Origin: the human T2T-CHM13v2.0 reference genome, Homo sapiens
Assembly (NCBI RefSeq): GCF_009914755.1
Contig: NC_060942.1
Reading direction: 5' to 3' (one strand)
Length of the DNA stretch: 64,000 nt
A model generated the notes under the pieces. It was given only the letters and a program-made list of their open reading frames with translations. It was not told where the DNA came from and did no database searches. The position numbers and the translations under genes are program-made. Below are positions 45,862-58,291 of this stretch, one piece after another (the first letter of the stretch is position 1; every line of letters starts with the position of its first letter).

Positions 45862-48422
45862 CACATTTAGTAAAATTTAATAAATATTTTGGTTAACAAG
45901 TACTTTATAAAATAAGATTTGAAAAGAAGTATTTTATCTGAATAGTTAACATTTTAATCCTTAATCCCTCCTCAAATTCTTATTTAGCAAAAATGTTATT
46001 GAATGACTGCATTAGCAGTTGTTACTTCACATTGTTCCAGAAGTTATATCCATTGCAAATAAAAAAATAAAAAATATTGTAGTAAAAATATTGAACAGGA
46101 GATAAAATTATTTTTATTTGAACAAAAAATGCAAGAAAATCAATTTAAAATCAATTCTAAATAGTAGGAGCTTTCCATCAGACTTCTATAAAAGCATTTC
46201 CAATAATCTAATATTATCATCAGTGATAAAATTTAATAAAGGAAACAATATTATTTATGACAGCAAAAAATGTGCCAAAGAATAAATTTAAAAGAAATAT
46301 GTAAACATGATGTATATTTTTAAATACTGCAATATGTTGCCAAGTAGTATGATTTATGGAAAAAGGAAGCAGACTCATAATCTAAATAGGAAAATTCAAA
46401 ATTTGAAATATATGCATTTACTCAAATTTTAATGAAAAAAATCATATAATTGCAAGCAAATCCAATGGGAAATGGGAGGAGTGTGGGGAGCGTATGGGAG
46501 GGATTTATAGAATAAAACTTCAGTATCACAAATTTTGAAAAGAACAATTATAATACATACATTGGGATGGGAAAGGAACTTGCAGTGACAGATGTTAACC
46601 ACCATTATAAGCATATGAAATCCACATTGTAATTATTATAAATGACTAAAGTGGTTCTATAATAAAAATTGACTATTCTATTCAGCTGAATAGAAGGTAC
46701 AAAAACAAAAGCAAATACATATTTATTTTTAGTAGATAATATATGGGCTATTCATATTAAGTAAAGATCTATTCAAGAAGTGTATATTAAACATTAACAG
46801 AAATGTAGTGATGTCGGTTTTCCCTCAAATAAGTTTAAATAAGTGGATTAAATATTTATGTAAAAATTTTCAATCGTAAAAACAGTATCTTATAAAGATA
46901 GAAGTGGGTGCTCTGTAAGATGGTGTCGGTATGGGTAGCAAAATAATTTGAATATCTTAAATCCTGTCAAATAAACAAAGACAGCAACGGGGATAGAAAA
47001 GGAAAAACTTTGATAGAACTTCTTAATTTAACTAAGTGACAAGATATGCCACAGAAGCTAAAATCAGGGTGGGTATGGCTAATCACCAACAGCAACAAGG
47101 ATGTCAGGGGAAAAGCAGTTGTATAGGAGAAGCAAGAGGAAAAGAACAATCTATTACTGACCTAAGAATAAAATATATATATATATATATATGTCTCCAA
47201 TGATACACTTTCTAGAGGAAGATTTCCTGCTTAGACTAAAGGAATAAGTAGATCAATCTGAGAACAATTAATAAAAAAAAAAGTTTAAAAGATTGGGCTT
47301 CAGATGTCCCAAACTTCAAGTGGTTGTGTGGAGACTGTAGATAGAGGTGCAAGTGTATAGGAGTTGCTTGAGGATTAGCGCTCTGAAATATGAAGTCCCA
47401 CATTGAGGAGGTAACTATTAGACATTAGAATAAAAATGAACCCGAACAGGAATCTGTCATTATGAGAAGAAGATCGAGATATTTGTGGGTGAGTGACCTG
47501 AGTAGGTTAATTTCAGGAAGTCTCAAAAGGCATACTCAGAAGCCGTATCTTTCGCTACCTCATGGTACAAGTGAAAACGGATGCCAAGGGTACCCTAACT
47601 CAGTCTCTCGCCCAGTAAACTAAACATCCTTAAAATACATTTTCAAAAAGCATAATTCCCTAAAAATGAGTGCCAGGAAAGATCTAGAGTGTATTTTTAG
47701 ATTTCCAATATTTTGAATTAGAAACATGAACTAAATAATACTTTTAGATGACATTCATAAAGAAGGAGTATATTCATTTTGCAAACGAAAGGAAAAAAGG
47801 AGAGAGCGAGAGATACCTAGGGAATACACCCGCATTCTTTTGATAACCTATTCTTGAAAATGACATTCTATCACTTCTGCCAGACTGAGAATTTATACAG
47901 TAGTCCAAGCCACACGCAAAGAGGGGATTGTAAGGAGGTGGGAGGTTGTAGACCCATCTTAAAAGCTGCTTCCCACAGGCTGCCCCGGACCCTCCATGCT
48001 TCATGTCTCTCGTGGGCAAAGTATGCCAACCCCTTTTAAGACCTTCAAATTCTCACTCACTACAGTCTGAACTCAAAGTACAAAGTTTTGTTACATGAAA
48101 CAGAAATGAGGCTTCTCAAGTGTAATGCCTTGGGCACAGTTTTTCAACTGTAGATCTTTTCTTTCAAACCTTTGAAACTAAAGAGACAAGTTATCTGCCT
48201 ACCATATATCCAACAATGGTGGGACAAGCATAATACAACCACTATACACATTCCTGTTTGAAAAGGGAGAAAACAGAAGGCAAACAATTACTGGTCCATG
48301 ATAATTCTGAAATCCAGATGGGAAAATGTTGGAAGTTCCTGGACTAGTTCTCAGGGTGTGAGTATAATCCTCCAAGGTTCTTTGCTCTCCCTTCTAGGCT
48401 CGTGGTTCTTCCCTATGAGTAA

Positions 48423-48425
48423 TAT

Positions 48426-48472
<47 letters not shown>

Positions 48473-48473
48473 T
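48423..48473. repeat. (TTTA)n microsatellite
   Basis: About 12 pure copies. Confidence 0.97.
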
Positions 48474-48905
48474 GCAGCATGTTTCTGCACCTGACCTGTT
48501 CTCTCTGCCTGCTTCCTGTCAGTAGAATATTGGGGATCCACGTGCCTCTCCTCATTGCAGACTATCTTTGTCTGGCAAAGCTTCAGCATATATAAATCTT
48601 TAAGAATGTCGTGGGTTTCCTGTGACTCTCTTCATTAGATCAAATCAAGAGCAGTGCCATGACAATGTGGTGTAAAGATAAAGCCAAGAATGTGACCATA
48701 AAATCATTGATTTTCTGAAATCTTAAAAAATGTATTTTGTTGTCACTCCCTTGACATTATTTCTACACTAAATATTCACGGCAGTCAGTGCCCAGGATGA
48801 AATCTTTGTTCAGCTGTCATTTATTAATTTGAGCATCCTAGTCTGGAGAAGGTGAGAATATTCGAAACCATCATCAATTCTTGGCTCCCTTCTGTTCTTC
48901 CCTCA

Positions 48906-49295
<390 letters not shown>

Positions 49296-51749
49296 TCAAA
49301 TACTGTGGTTGGAGATTTTCTTATCTAGATCAGGGAGTTTATTACATATATTTTCTAGTTTCCACATAGCTGCAAGGAACATTGTTACTAAATTTCCTGC
49401 CACTGAATAACCAGTATACTCCTCCTTCCAATTTTCAATCACATTTTCTTCACTTTGTTGTGTGAGCTTACTCAGTGCCCTCAAAGTACAAAATGCTACA
49501 AACAGCATGTTGAAGATACTTTCAGCCTTTACTAATACTCTTCTCAAGGCCACTCATAAATTCCAAAATCATTCTCAAATTTTAGGGGTTTTTTTTGTTG
49601 TTGTCGTTGTTAAGACAACACCCTACTTCCACATACCAAAGTCTATTTTAGTTATTAATTTACAAATAACTAAAGTTTCCTTTGTTGAAAAACAACTAGC
49701 AGCAGCATAGCTGGCTGGTTTTAGCTCAGGCTCTCTCAGTGACTGCCAGGGTGTGGCCACCTAAAGCAACTGGGCAGATGTATTTCTGAGTTTACTCGCA
49801 TGGCTTTTGGAAAGCCTCAGATGGTCACCCTCCAGGCTCATTTGCATGGGCCTCTCCATAGGATTGCTCACACTGTGGTAGCTGGCTTCTCCAGGGCAAG
49901 CAATCCAATAGAGATGACTCAGCATATAAGAAGCCACAGTCTTTTTATAACTTAATTCAGGAAGAACACTCCATCACTTCTGCTGTATTCACTAGAAGTT
50001 GGCGGCGGAGCGGGGGTGGGGCGGGAAAGTCCATCCCACACTAAGAAGGAGGAATTACACAGGGCCCGATATCAAGTCTTAGGGCCCAATTTAGAGGCTG
50101 CCTACTGGAGTAATAAAATGTTGAATAGTATGCTTTTCTTTTTTTTTTTGTAAGAAAGACAAAAATAGGTACCCACATATGTCTTTCCTTATATTGTCAA
50201 AAAAAAAAAAAAAAAAAAAAGCAGTGAAAGGGCAAACCAAAAACTAATAAAAATTGTTTCTTACAAAGAGAGGAAGGGAAAGAAATGAGAGCTATATCTC
50301 TCAACGTGCCTTATTTGATATGTCTGACTTTGGAAACTTGTAAATATTTCGCATAGTGAGTATCTCAAAGGAAAAGAAGCGATCCTTAAATATGGAATAT
50401 GTCAACATTAATTTGAATTGAAAATATCCTTTGAAAGTGAGCATTTTTTCTTTTAATATATATTTCTGAAATTAAAAAAAAAGGTTCCTTGCTTTATAAC
50501 TGAAAAGCATAAAACTAGTAGCAAAAAACACCACTAGCAACCAAATTATGGGAAATGAATTTCATTTCTCATTAAAACAAATGAAGGTTCCAAAAGAAAT
50601 AATGAATTCCAGGTCTGCAGTTGGAAATGTATTAGATAAGCATGGGATACCTTGTTATTGATCACAGCCAGGCCAGTAAAGTTCATGGTTACCTGTTCAA
50701 AATGCAAAAATGTCTATGGAAGCAGCTCCTTCTCACCTAAGATGGGGTAGTTCAGACACCAAAAAGAATAATGACTGTGACGCCCTGAAATACATCAAAA
50801 ATACAAAACTGCATTTTTGAAAATGATATTCCAAAGGGAGCAGGGATTCATTTTTAGTTTGCTAGAACCCATTCAAGATTTCTAAAACATGGATAATAAT
50901 GGTTAAGAATCAAGCCTGCCTTTCTTATAGGTTGTCTATTTCAGGGGAATTCTCTAATTTGTGAGGGAAAGAACTTTTGTTTATGTGTTTGTTTTTTAGA
51001 AGAGGGTATATACTCATAAACTCAAGAATAAAGATAAATTAGAAAATCACAACTTTGCAATCCCTAATGAAATAATGTATCTAAGCAATGATCATCAGTG
51101 GCTGCAAAAACCACTAGTTGGAAGGTTGGTGGAGAATTTTATAATTCTACAATTTCATATAATTTATATTTTATAATTTTATAATGTATGGATGAGTGTT
51201 GACAACACTTTAATCTTCTAATCAATTGGACAGCTAGATATTTTGTTCCTTTGGTATGATTCAGTAGAATATACACAGCATCTTTTATTAATTATTTTGA
51301 AAAAAAGGAGAATGCAGGTAAGTTTCTAAGTCACATTAGTAGGAAACGTGGGACTTGGGTGAACATATTTAATTGATGCTATGCAACCAAATCCAGAACT
51401 GGGAAAATTTACATGACAGATAACCTACTGCTTTCAAGAAGCAAATAAAGATCATAAAAAGAGGGACACACATACATAAAAATTGCTGTATCACAAATTT
51501 AAAAATAAAAGATAAATGAGAATATTGAAGTCATGCTAGGGTGTTACAAAGACGTTGATAAACATAAATGTAGGCACAGTGATCACATACATAATCATTA
51601 AAAGCTACGATTATTGATCACACCTGTTACTTATGTAAGCACTAAGATTGTTGCTGAGACAAAACTAATCCCTGACTTCAAAGAACTGATAATTGACTTG
51701 TGAAACAGATGATTATATAAATAGGAGAAGGAGTCAGTGGTCATAGAAA

Positions 51750-51905
51750 TCACTGTAGACCTCAAATCAATCTTGAAACGTGTGGCTCTGCAACTGAATG
51801 TCTGTGAGCCTCAATTTCCTCTAGTAACTGGCAACCACATTTAACATATGTGGTTGCAAAGAGGGCTGAATGAAATCACTTATTTAAAGCATTTACAAAC
51901 CTAAA
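51750..51905 (+). mobile_element. MIR fragment
   Basis: tctgtgagcctcaatttcctc...tggttgcaaagagg..tgaatgaaat. Confidence 0.5.
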
Positions 51906-52021
51906 GCAGTCTTTACATTTCTAAAAAAAATGGCCATGCAGTGTATGAAATAGTAAGAAGTGGGTGGAATAGACAAGCTGTGCCAGGTATTTAGAGGAAA
52001 GAATTACAAGGAGTTATCAGA

Positions 52022-52119
52022 GAGTTTATGCAAATTTTCTGAGAAGGTCAGAGCTTGAGCCCATTCCAGGGAGTTTATGCAAATTTTCTGGGAAGGTCAG
52101 AGTTTGGGCCCATTCCAGA
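52022..52119. repeat. 49-bp x2 tandem duplication
   Basis: Copies 52022-52070 and 52071-52119 differ at 4 of 49 positions. Confidence 0.97.
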
Positions 52120-52899
52120 GTGACAGCGGAAAGGATTTTACCATGTTATCCTTAGTATCTGATCTGCCCCAGCATCTGGTACTTTGCACGGTGGAAGGTT
52201 TTTTTATTTAAAAAAAAAAAAGGCTAGCCCACATTAATGAATGAATAGGAATAGTGTGCTGTTAAAGCAAGTAAGAATTTCCATTGGTTTACATGGGCTC
52301 TAGATGGAGATTTCTGCAAAGGATGAGACAAAAATCTCCCTTGGATGCTCATCTGGTTGGACTGAGATACCTTGTCCTTCAAGTTTTTACATTCCCCCCA
52401 CAACCTCATTCAAGTAAGTTTCCTTTCTTTCTATTATTGTGTTTCAAATGGGGTAGGAAATTTTAAATGAGAACCTGGAAAAATACTGCTCACCGTAATA
52501 AACAAACATCATCTTTTGAACTTTTACTAAATATAACTCTTGCAGGAGTCACCTTAAAAATTGTCAATCTTTATACATTTTACTAATTAGAAACATCCTT
52601 AGAAGTAAGTACTAAATGTTCTAGCCTATAGTAAAAATCCATATGTTGCCTCCGGCCAAAACTCAACATCGCTCTTTTTCCTCGAATCTTTCACAAAAAC
52701 ATAATCCTAAAAATTAAAACATCTTTACAATAATGAAAAACCTACTTTTAAAATGCCATGTGTTTCTACATTAAGGGGAGAAAGTTTTTCATTTTTTGTT
52801 TGTACAAGTTGAGCATTTCAGGAAGTCATTGGTATCCATTGATAACAACCACGTTCTCCATTTTCCCAGAAGAGCCAGGAGCCACTTTCAGTCCTAGTT

Positions 52900-55700
52900 A
52901 ACGAAAACGCATGCATAAATCAACCACTCGGGTCGGTCGGTCTTCTCCACTCCTTCAGCAGAGGACGTCGGCGCCCGGCTGCCTCGCCCGCCTGCCTGTC
53001 TCTAGGCTGCGGGAGGATTAGACACATGCGCACGATTGGTCTCTTTGTGTGCACCAGGAAGGGTCTGGCGTCGATTTACACTTCCTAACGGGGCAGAGAC
53101 CTGGAACGGCCGCGAGTGCTTGGGAATAAAAATGTACTGTAAACAAGGCCAATGAAATAAGTGTCTCGCTCCCGCTGGCCTTCCGCGTTGGAAGTGTCCC
53201 CACTGCCCTTTCCCCGCTGCACAGCTTGCGAGTGGAGATTTAGAGCCCGGGAATGAGGCGCCGTGTCCTTAGGAATCTCGCGCCCGGGGAGCGCTGAGGG
53301 ACCGGGGAGCCGGGTGGGGAGCGGGCCTCGGGGCGCCCGGCGGCGGAGGCGCTCCCACCCGCGCGGAGAGGGATGGAGCGCGTCTTGCGAGCGTCTCCGA
53401 GCCCAGCCACCCCACGGGCCAGGGGGAGGGAGCGGGGCCGGCGCATCAGCCCGCCCCCCCCGGCCCGCCCCCTCCCCCCGCGCCGGGGAGCCGCGGTGGT
53501 GCGCTCCGGCCAGCTGTGCGCCGCCGAGCGAGGCGCCAGCCCGTGGGTGCTGCCGGGGGCGGCGGCGCGGTGGGGGCTCCCGCAGCTGGCGGAGGCGCGG
53601 GCCGCGGCGCTGGGCTCGCGGCGGGGAGCGAAGGTGAGCGCCAGAACGCGGAGGGCTGGCGCGGCTCGCGGCGCCGGGCCCCGTTCCCCGTCCGCGGCGG
53701 CCCTGCAGGCGACCCCGCGTCCCCACCGGCGGGAGCTCGGGGAAGAGCGGGCGGCGGCGCTGCTGCTGGCGGCGGCCGGCTGGATGCGAGACCCGCGCAG
53801 ACCCGGCGGCGGACGGCGGCTCTCGACTCCGGAGAGCGGATCGCGGGGCGCAGGAGCCCGATCGCGCTGGCCATGGCCTCCAACTTTAACGACATAGTCA
53901 AGCAGGGCTACGTGAAAATCCGCAGCAGGAAGCTTGGGGTGAGTGGCTCGCTCGGCTTGCTCCTTCCCCGGCGCTCGTTCGGCCCGGCTGGCTGCCTGGG
54001 GGGGGGCAGGGAGAGGTGACCCGTGCGGGTACAGGGCAGAGAGGGACCCGGCCCTTAGGCGGATGGCCCGCTTGTTGCTTGGCCAGGTGGGGGCCCACAC
54101 CTGCCGGGGGGCTCCGCAGACGGACCTGGGGACTCCAGGAGCGCCTGAGTCCCCATCCTCGAGTGCACCGGGCTGTCTTCGACCGTGCGGGGAAGTCAGT
54201 AGACGAAAGGGGTTGTCAGTTCCAACGAGGAACGTGCCTTGGAGGAGGTTTCTTTGCGGTGCTATCCACGATGGTCTGTTCTCAAAAGTGTGCGCCTTTC
54301 GGGTGGAACTGCTGTGTGTGGCGACGCTCGCGTGTGTTTAGAATCACCATTTTCTGGTCTCCGCTTCCCAAGCTCAATTCGAAATTCCCGTCTGATGCCC
54401 TCCCAGCGCCGCGCGTCCCTGCCGGCTGTAGTTTAGGGCGCCTTCGCCGTGGCCGAGGGCGGCTCCCGCGCCCCGCAAGTGCTCCCCTACCCGGGGACCC
54501 GCGCCCGCGTGCAGGCAGGTGTGTGCCCCGCGCCCGCCCGCGGTCACTGCTCCGTGACGGCAAAGTTGATGGAGACCTTTCCCTATTCTTGAGAGATGCG
54601 CTGCCTGGCTTGGGAGGGAAACCGTGTAGAACCCAAGGGTTCAAAACTATTCTAGTGACCAGACGAGGCGGTAGGAGGGACTCACGGGAGGCAGCGGGAC
54701 AGGAGGGGCTGTCACCTGGGCGGGAGCAGCCTAGACTTGGGACGCGAGAGAGAGGATGGAGGGATGGGCAGGAGGTCCCTGGGGAGCGCGCGATGTAGGG
54801 TGGCCTGGGAGGCTGACCCCGGCTGGCTGGTCCAGAAAAGCGAGGGGAAACTCGTCTGGGAAAGAAAGGGCCCCTGTTCCAGACTCTGGTTGTGTCTACC
54901 TCACTGTTCTCCAACTTCCAGTTCTACCAAGCTCCTGCCTCCCGGGGCAAAGGGTCCTTGAGCTAGAACCTTTCCTGTGTTCCCTGATGACTGGATGAAT
55001 CCTCCAACTTGGAGAAGGGGAAAAAGAGGGGAGGACTTTGCTAATTTTTGTGTAAAAAAGAAAGCAAAAGAAGGGTAGTGTTAGAGAGTGGAAGAAAGAT
55101 AAGGTAGAATCCCCGAAAGAGGGCAGATCACCAAGCACCAGGAGTCGCTTTGTCGGGAGTTGGCGGCGCCAGGTGTTGGGGACAGGAGGACGGGAAAGGC
55201 AGACTTGACTCTTGGTGCTGCCTCTGCTGGGTTTCGCATTAAAGGTGCAGACTGTACCCCAAGGACAACAGGGGCCCATTCTGGAACTTCAGCAGCTCTG
55301 TAGTAGGCTGGGAGGCTGCAAGAGCGAGTGCGGAGCTGGGTGACAGCAACGCCCCCCTTCCTCCAGCCTGGAGCCAACGTGCGCTGCCGTGAGCCCCACC
55401 AAGGCGAGAGAGAGCAGGCGCCAGAGTCAGATCCTCGGCCAGGTTTCAAGGGCTTTTCTTGGGTAGAAGAAAGCGCCTCATTCTTTTCCAGGCATATAAG
55501 GACGAACCCACGGGAAAAGCTGCGGTTCTCCAGGAGTCTGGTTGTTCCTCGCAGCCGGGACGGAATGCTCAAGTCTGTCACCACACAGCTGTCAGCCAAG
55601 GGAGGTGCAGAGCTGGAGGTGGAAGGGAGTCGTCTTCTTAGCTTGACCTTTGAAGCCCTTTGCTTTACGACTGGATGCTTGATCATTTTTCTCGGCCTTT
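52900..55700. promoter_or_regulatory. DOK6: CpG island / DOK6 promoter (core ~53100-54650)
   Basis: Abrupt rise in GC and CpG over an AT-rich background. CCAAT at 53149-53153, ATTGG at 53035-53039, forkhead-type TGTAAACA at 53138-53145, many GC boxes, no obvious TATA box. The TSS cannot be read from sequence. Confidence 0.9.
53873..53938 (+). CDS. DOK6: Docking protein 6, first coding exon (22 codons, start of PH domain)
   Basis: GCC-ATG-G Kozak context. Translates MASNFNDIVKQGYVKIRSRKLG, which matches the DOK6 N-terminus (DOK5 has ...YVRIRSRRLG, DOK4 MATNFSD...). Ends in phase 0 at GGG|GTGAGT. Confidence 0.95.
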
Positions 55701-57142
55701 GATCTTCTTGAAATCGCAATTGTATCTGATGCCTCAGACTATATAAACTAATGGATGAGTTAAGTCCCAGACAAGATGTATGTCTGCGTTCACAGAGTCA
55801 CCTGCATATGAAAATGAGACTGAAGAATGTAGCCTGAGCATCCCCTTCCTGCGCACTTGGCCCTGGAGTCTATAGGATTCCCCTCCACCCCATCCAAGCC
55901 CTCCAGGATTTCACACAACAAAAACTGAGTATGTAACCCAATTATAACATAGGGCCCAAGGAAAGTGCATTGATTGCTTCTTGGGTAACTATGGCATTCA
56001 CAGCGTTTGAAATGTCATCTTGAACGCCATTTCTGCCTAACGATGTGTGCAAATGTATATTTACACTTACAAAGCCTCTTTTGCTGTGTTCACTGTTTAG
56101 AGCTTTGCCTTTGTAAAGTGCAGCCTTCATAGAAAACAATAAAAGTGTGTTCATATAAAAGTTAATTGCTTTTGTCCTCCATTTCTACCTGAGAAATGTA
56201 AACTTCAAAGTTAGATATTGAAACAGTTTTGTTTTAAATTAAATCAAAATATTAAATTCACCTTGACTATTTTGGGAACTTTTTTTTTAAGTCAGATACT
56301 TTTCTATTCAGAATATTCTAATATGCAGAAGAGTGAATTTAAATGGCAAAACTTCACATAGCTGGTTCTGTGAAGCTTACTAAGTTAAGTGAGTCCCATA
56401 AGATAGTAAAACTAAGCAAATATTGTGTGCCTTAAAGAGTCATACCCCAAATCATAAAAATTGAAGTTATCCAAACATTAATATTTGCTTTGCATAGTTA
56501 ATAATACATATTCCTAATTTTATGGACTCAAAACTATGAACTTTTCCAAATAACATATTTTTTAACTCCAAGGACACGATGAGTTTTTGTGATTTATGTC
56601 CAAAACTAAATTTCAAAATATAAATAATTATAATTGAACATGCATAGATATTTGATTTATTATGGACAGTACTCATGCTTTCAAAAATCAAAGTCTGTGA
56701 TATTCTAATGGAGAAAAAAAGGCCTGGATATGAGGCCGATTGCATCAGAGATAATTATTGACATGAAACATAATTTATGATGAAATGTTCTAATGTGCCC
56801 TTTGCTCTTCACAGATAAGTGCAATTTTGAATGAGGGCAGTAAGGCATTTCTTGTCCTCTAGGTAGCAAGTCAGCCCTTTCAGAGGGGCTTCCAGGTTTA
56901 AGAGGTCAAAAAGGCCCTTGCCCTGTGTCTCACTGGGGAAGCTAGCAACCTGTTGAGTACAGTCCCTTACCCACTGCTTGGGAAAGAAGTAAAATTTAGT
57001 AAGCAAGGCATATATAGCAAAATATCCAGTCAGTTTTTGGTTTGCAGCCAAACTAAGAACTCAATCACTGAAAGCATTAATAATCTAACACTTTGTGTAT
57101 TGACCCTAAATTTATCAGAAATAGATGCAGCTTTGTGGAGTG

Positions 57143-57185
57143 ATCATCATCATCATCACCATCATCACAGTCATTGTCATCAATA
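57143..57185. repeat. (CAT)n degenerate microsatellite
   Basis: atcatcatcatcatcaccatcatcac... Confidence 0.85.
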
Positions 57186-57413
57186 TCACTGTACAAATTT
57201 TAGACTGCTATACCTTGACTTATTCTAGACACAGACCTCACATCATTTTTTTTCAAGGAATTCATTCAAATACATCAACATGACTATTCACAGACACATT
57301 GTATGCAGACAAAATAGTGTCTTCTACAGACATTTTACATTTCTTACTCAAACTCAGGTGAGAGATTGGTGTTGATATGTGTGGGTTCTGAAGGAGTGTC
57401 TCAGGATAGGGTG

Positions 57414-57439
57414 GTGTGTGTGTGTGTGTGTGTGTGTGT
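57414..57439. repeat. (TG)n microsatellite
   Basis: Pure TG run. Confidence 0.95.
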
Positions 57440-57962
57440 ATTCAGGTACACACTCAAGTAATCAAATTATCTTGGAGTGCCCACAGTTTAAGAGGCAGTG
57501 TACACTGGTGTTTGTGTGTGTATTACAGAGTCATATTGTGTTAAGCCTGAATTAGTTATAATAAAGAACCCCTGCATCATTGCTACTGAGAGTACATCGG
57601 GCCAGTCATTGTCACTTTGCACCAACTTCGCTGTAGGGGAAGCAGGGAAATGTGGAGGGACAGATTGCGAGTTTTGAAGAGCACTAACTTTATGAGCTGA
57701 GCACCTATTGAGAATTTTGCTTTTTCATATTTTTGTTTTAACATCTTATTGTGGATTCACCTACCTCTTGCCCTTTCTCCCTTCTTGATTAAAACCTTAA
57801 GACACCTCCATTCCTGGCTTAAGGATAATTGATCTCCTTTCTGTAAACACTGTGAGTTTTCCTTTCCTCTCTCAACAGCTTTCCTCGGAGTATTTGTTCA
57901 TGAGAGATATTTATGAAAATTCACCCTTTTATAGAAGCTCAATGATTAAAATAAATAGAAAT

Positions 57963-58291
<329 letters not shown>

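Noticed and set aside
52022-52119. Direct repeats as a CRISPR-like array
   Set aside because: Two adjacent copies with no spacers, in mammalian DNA. No CRISPR array, tRNA or rRNA gene was recognised anywhere in the window.
52954-52975. REST/RE1-like TTCAGCA...GGCGCC in the promoter
   Set aside because: Spacing is off and the core CC..GGACAG positions do not match.
53085-55719. Many long overlapping ORFs (124-286 aa) on both strands of the CpG island
   Set aside because: Arg/Gly/Pro/Ala-rich, present in all frames, and expected from stop-codon scarcity at high GC. Only the 22-codon DOK6 exon resembles a known protein.
56953-57228. ORF with a poly-histidine tract
   Set aside because: Translation of a (CAT)n microsatellite. 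Non-ATG start and no domain.
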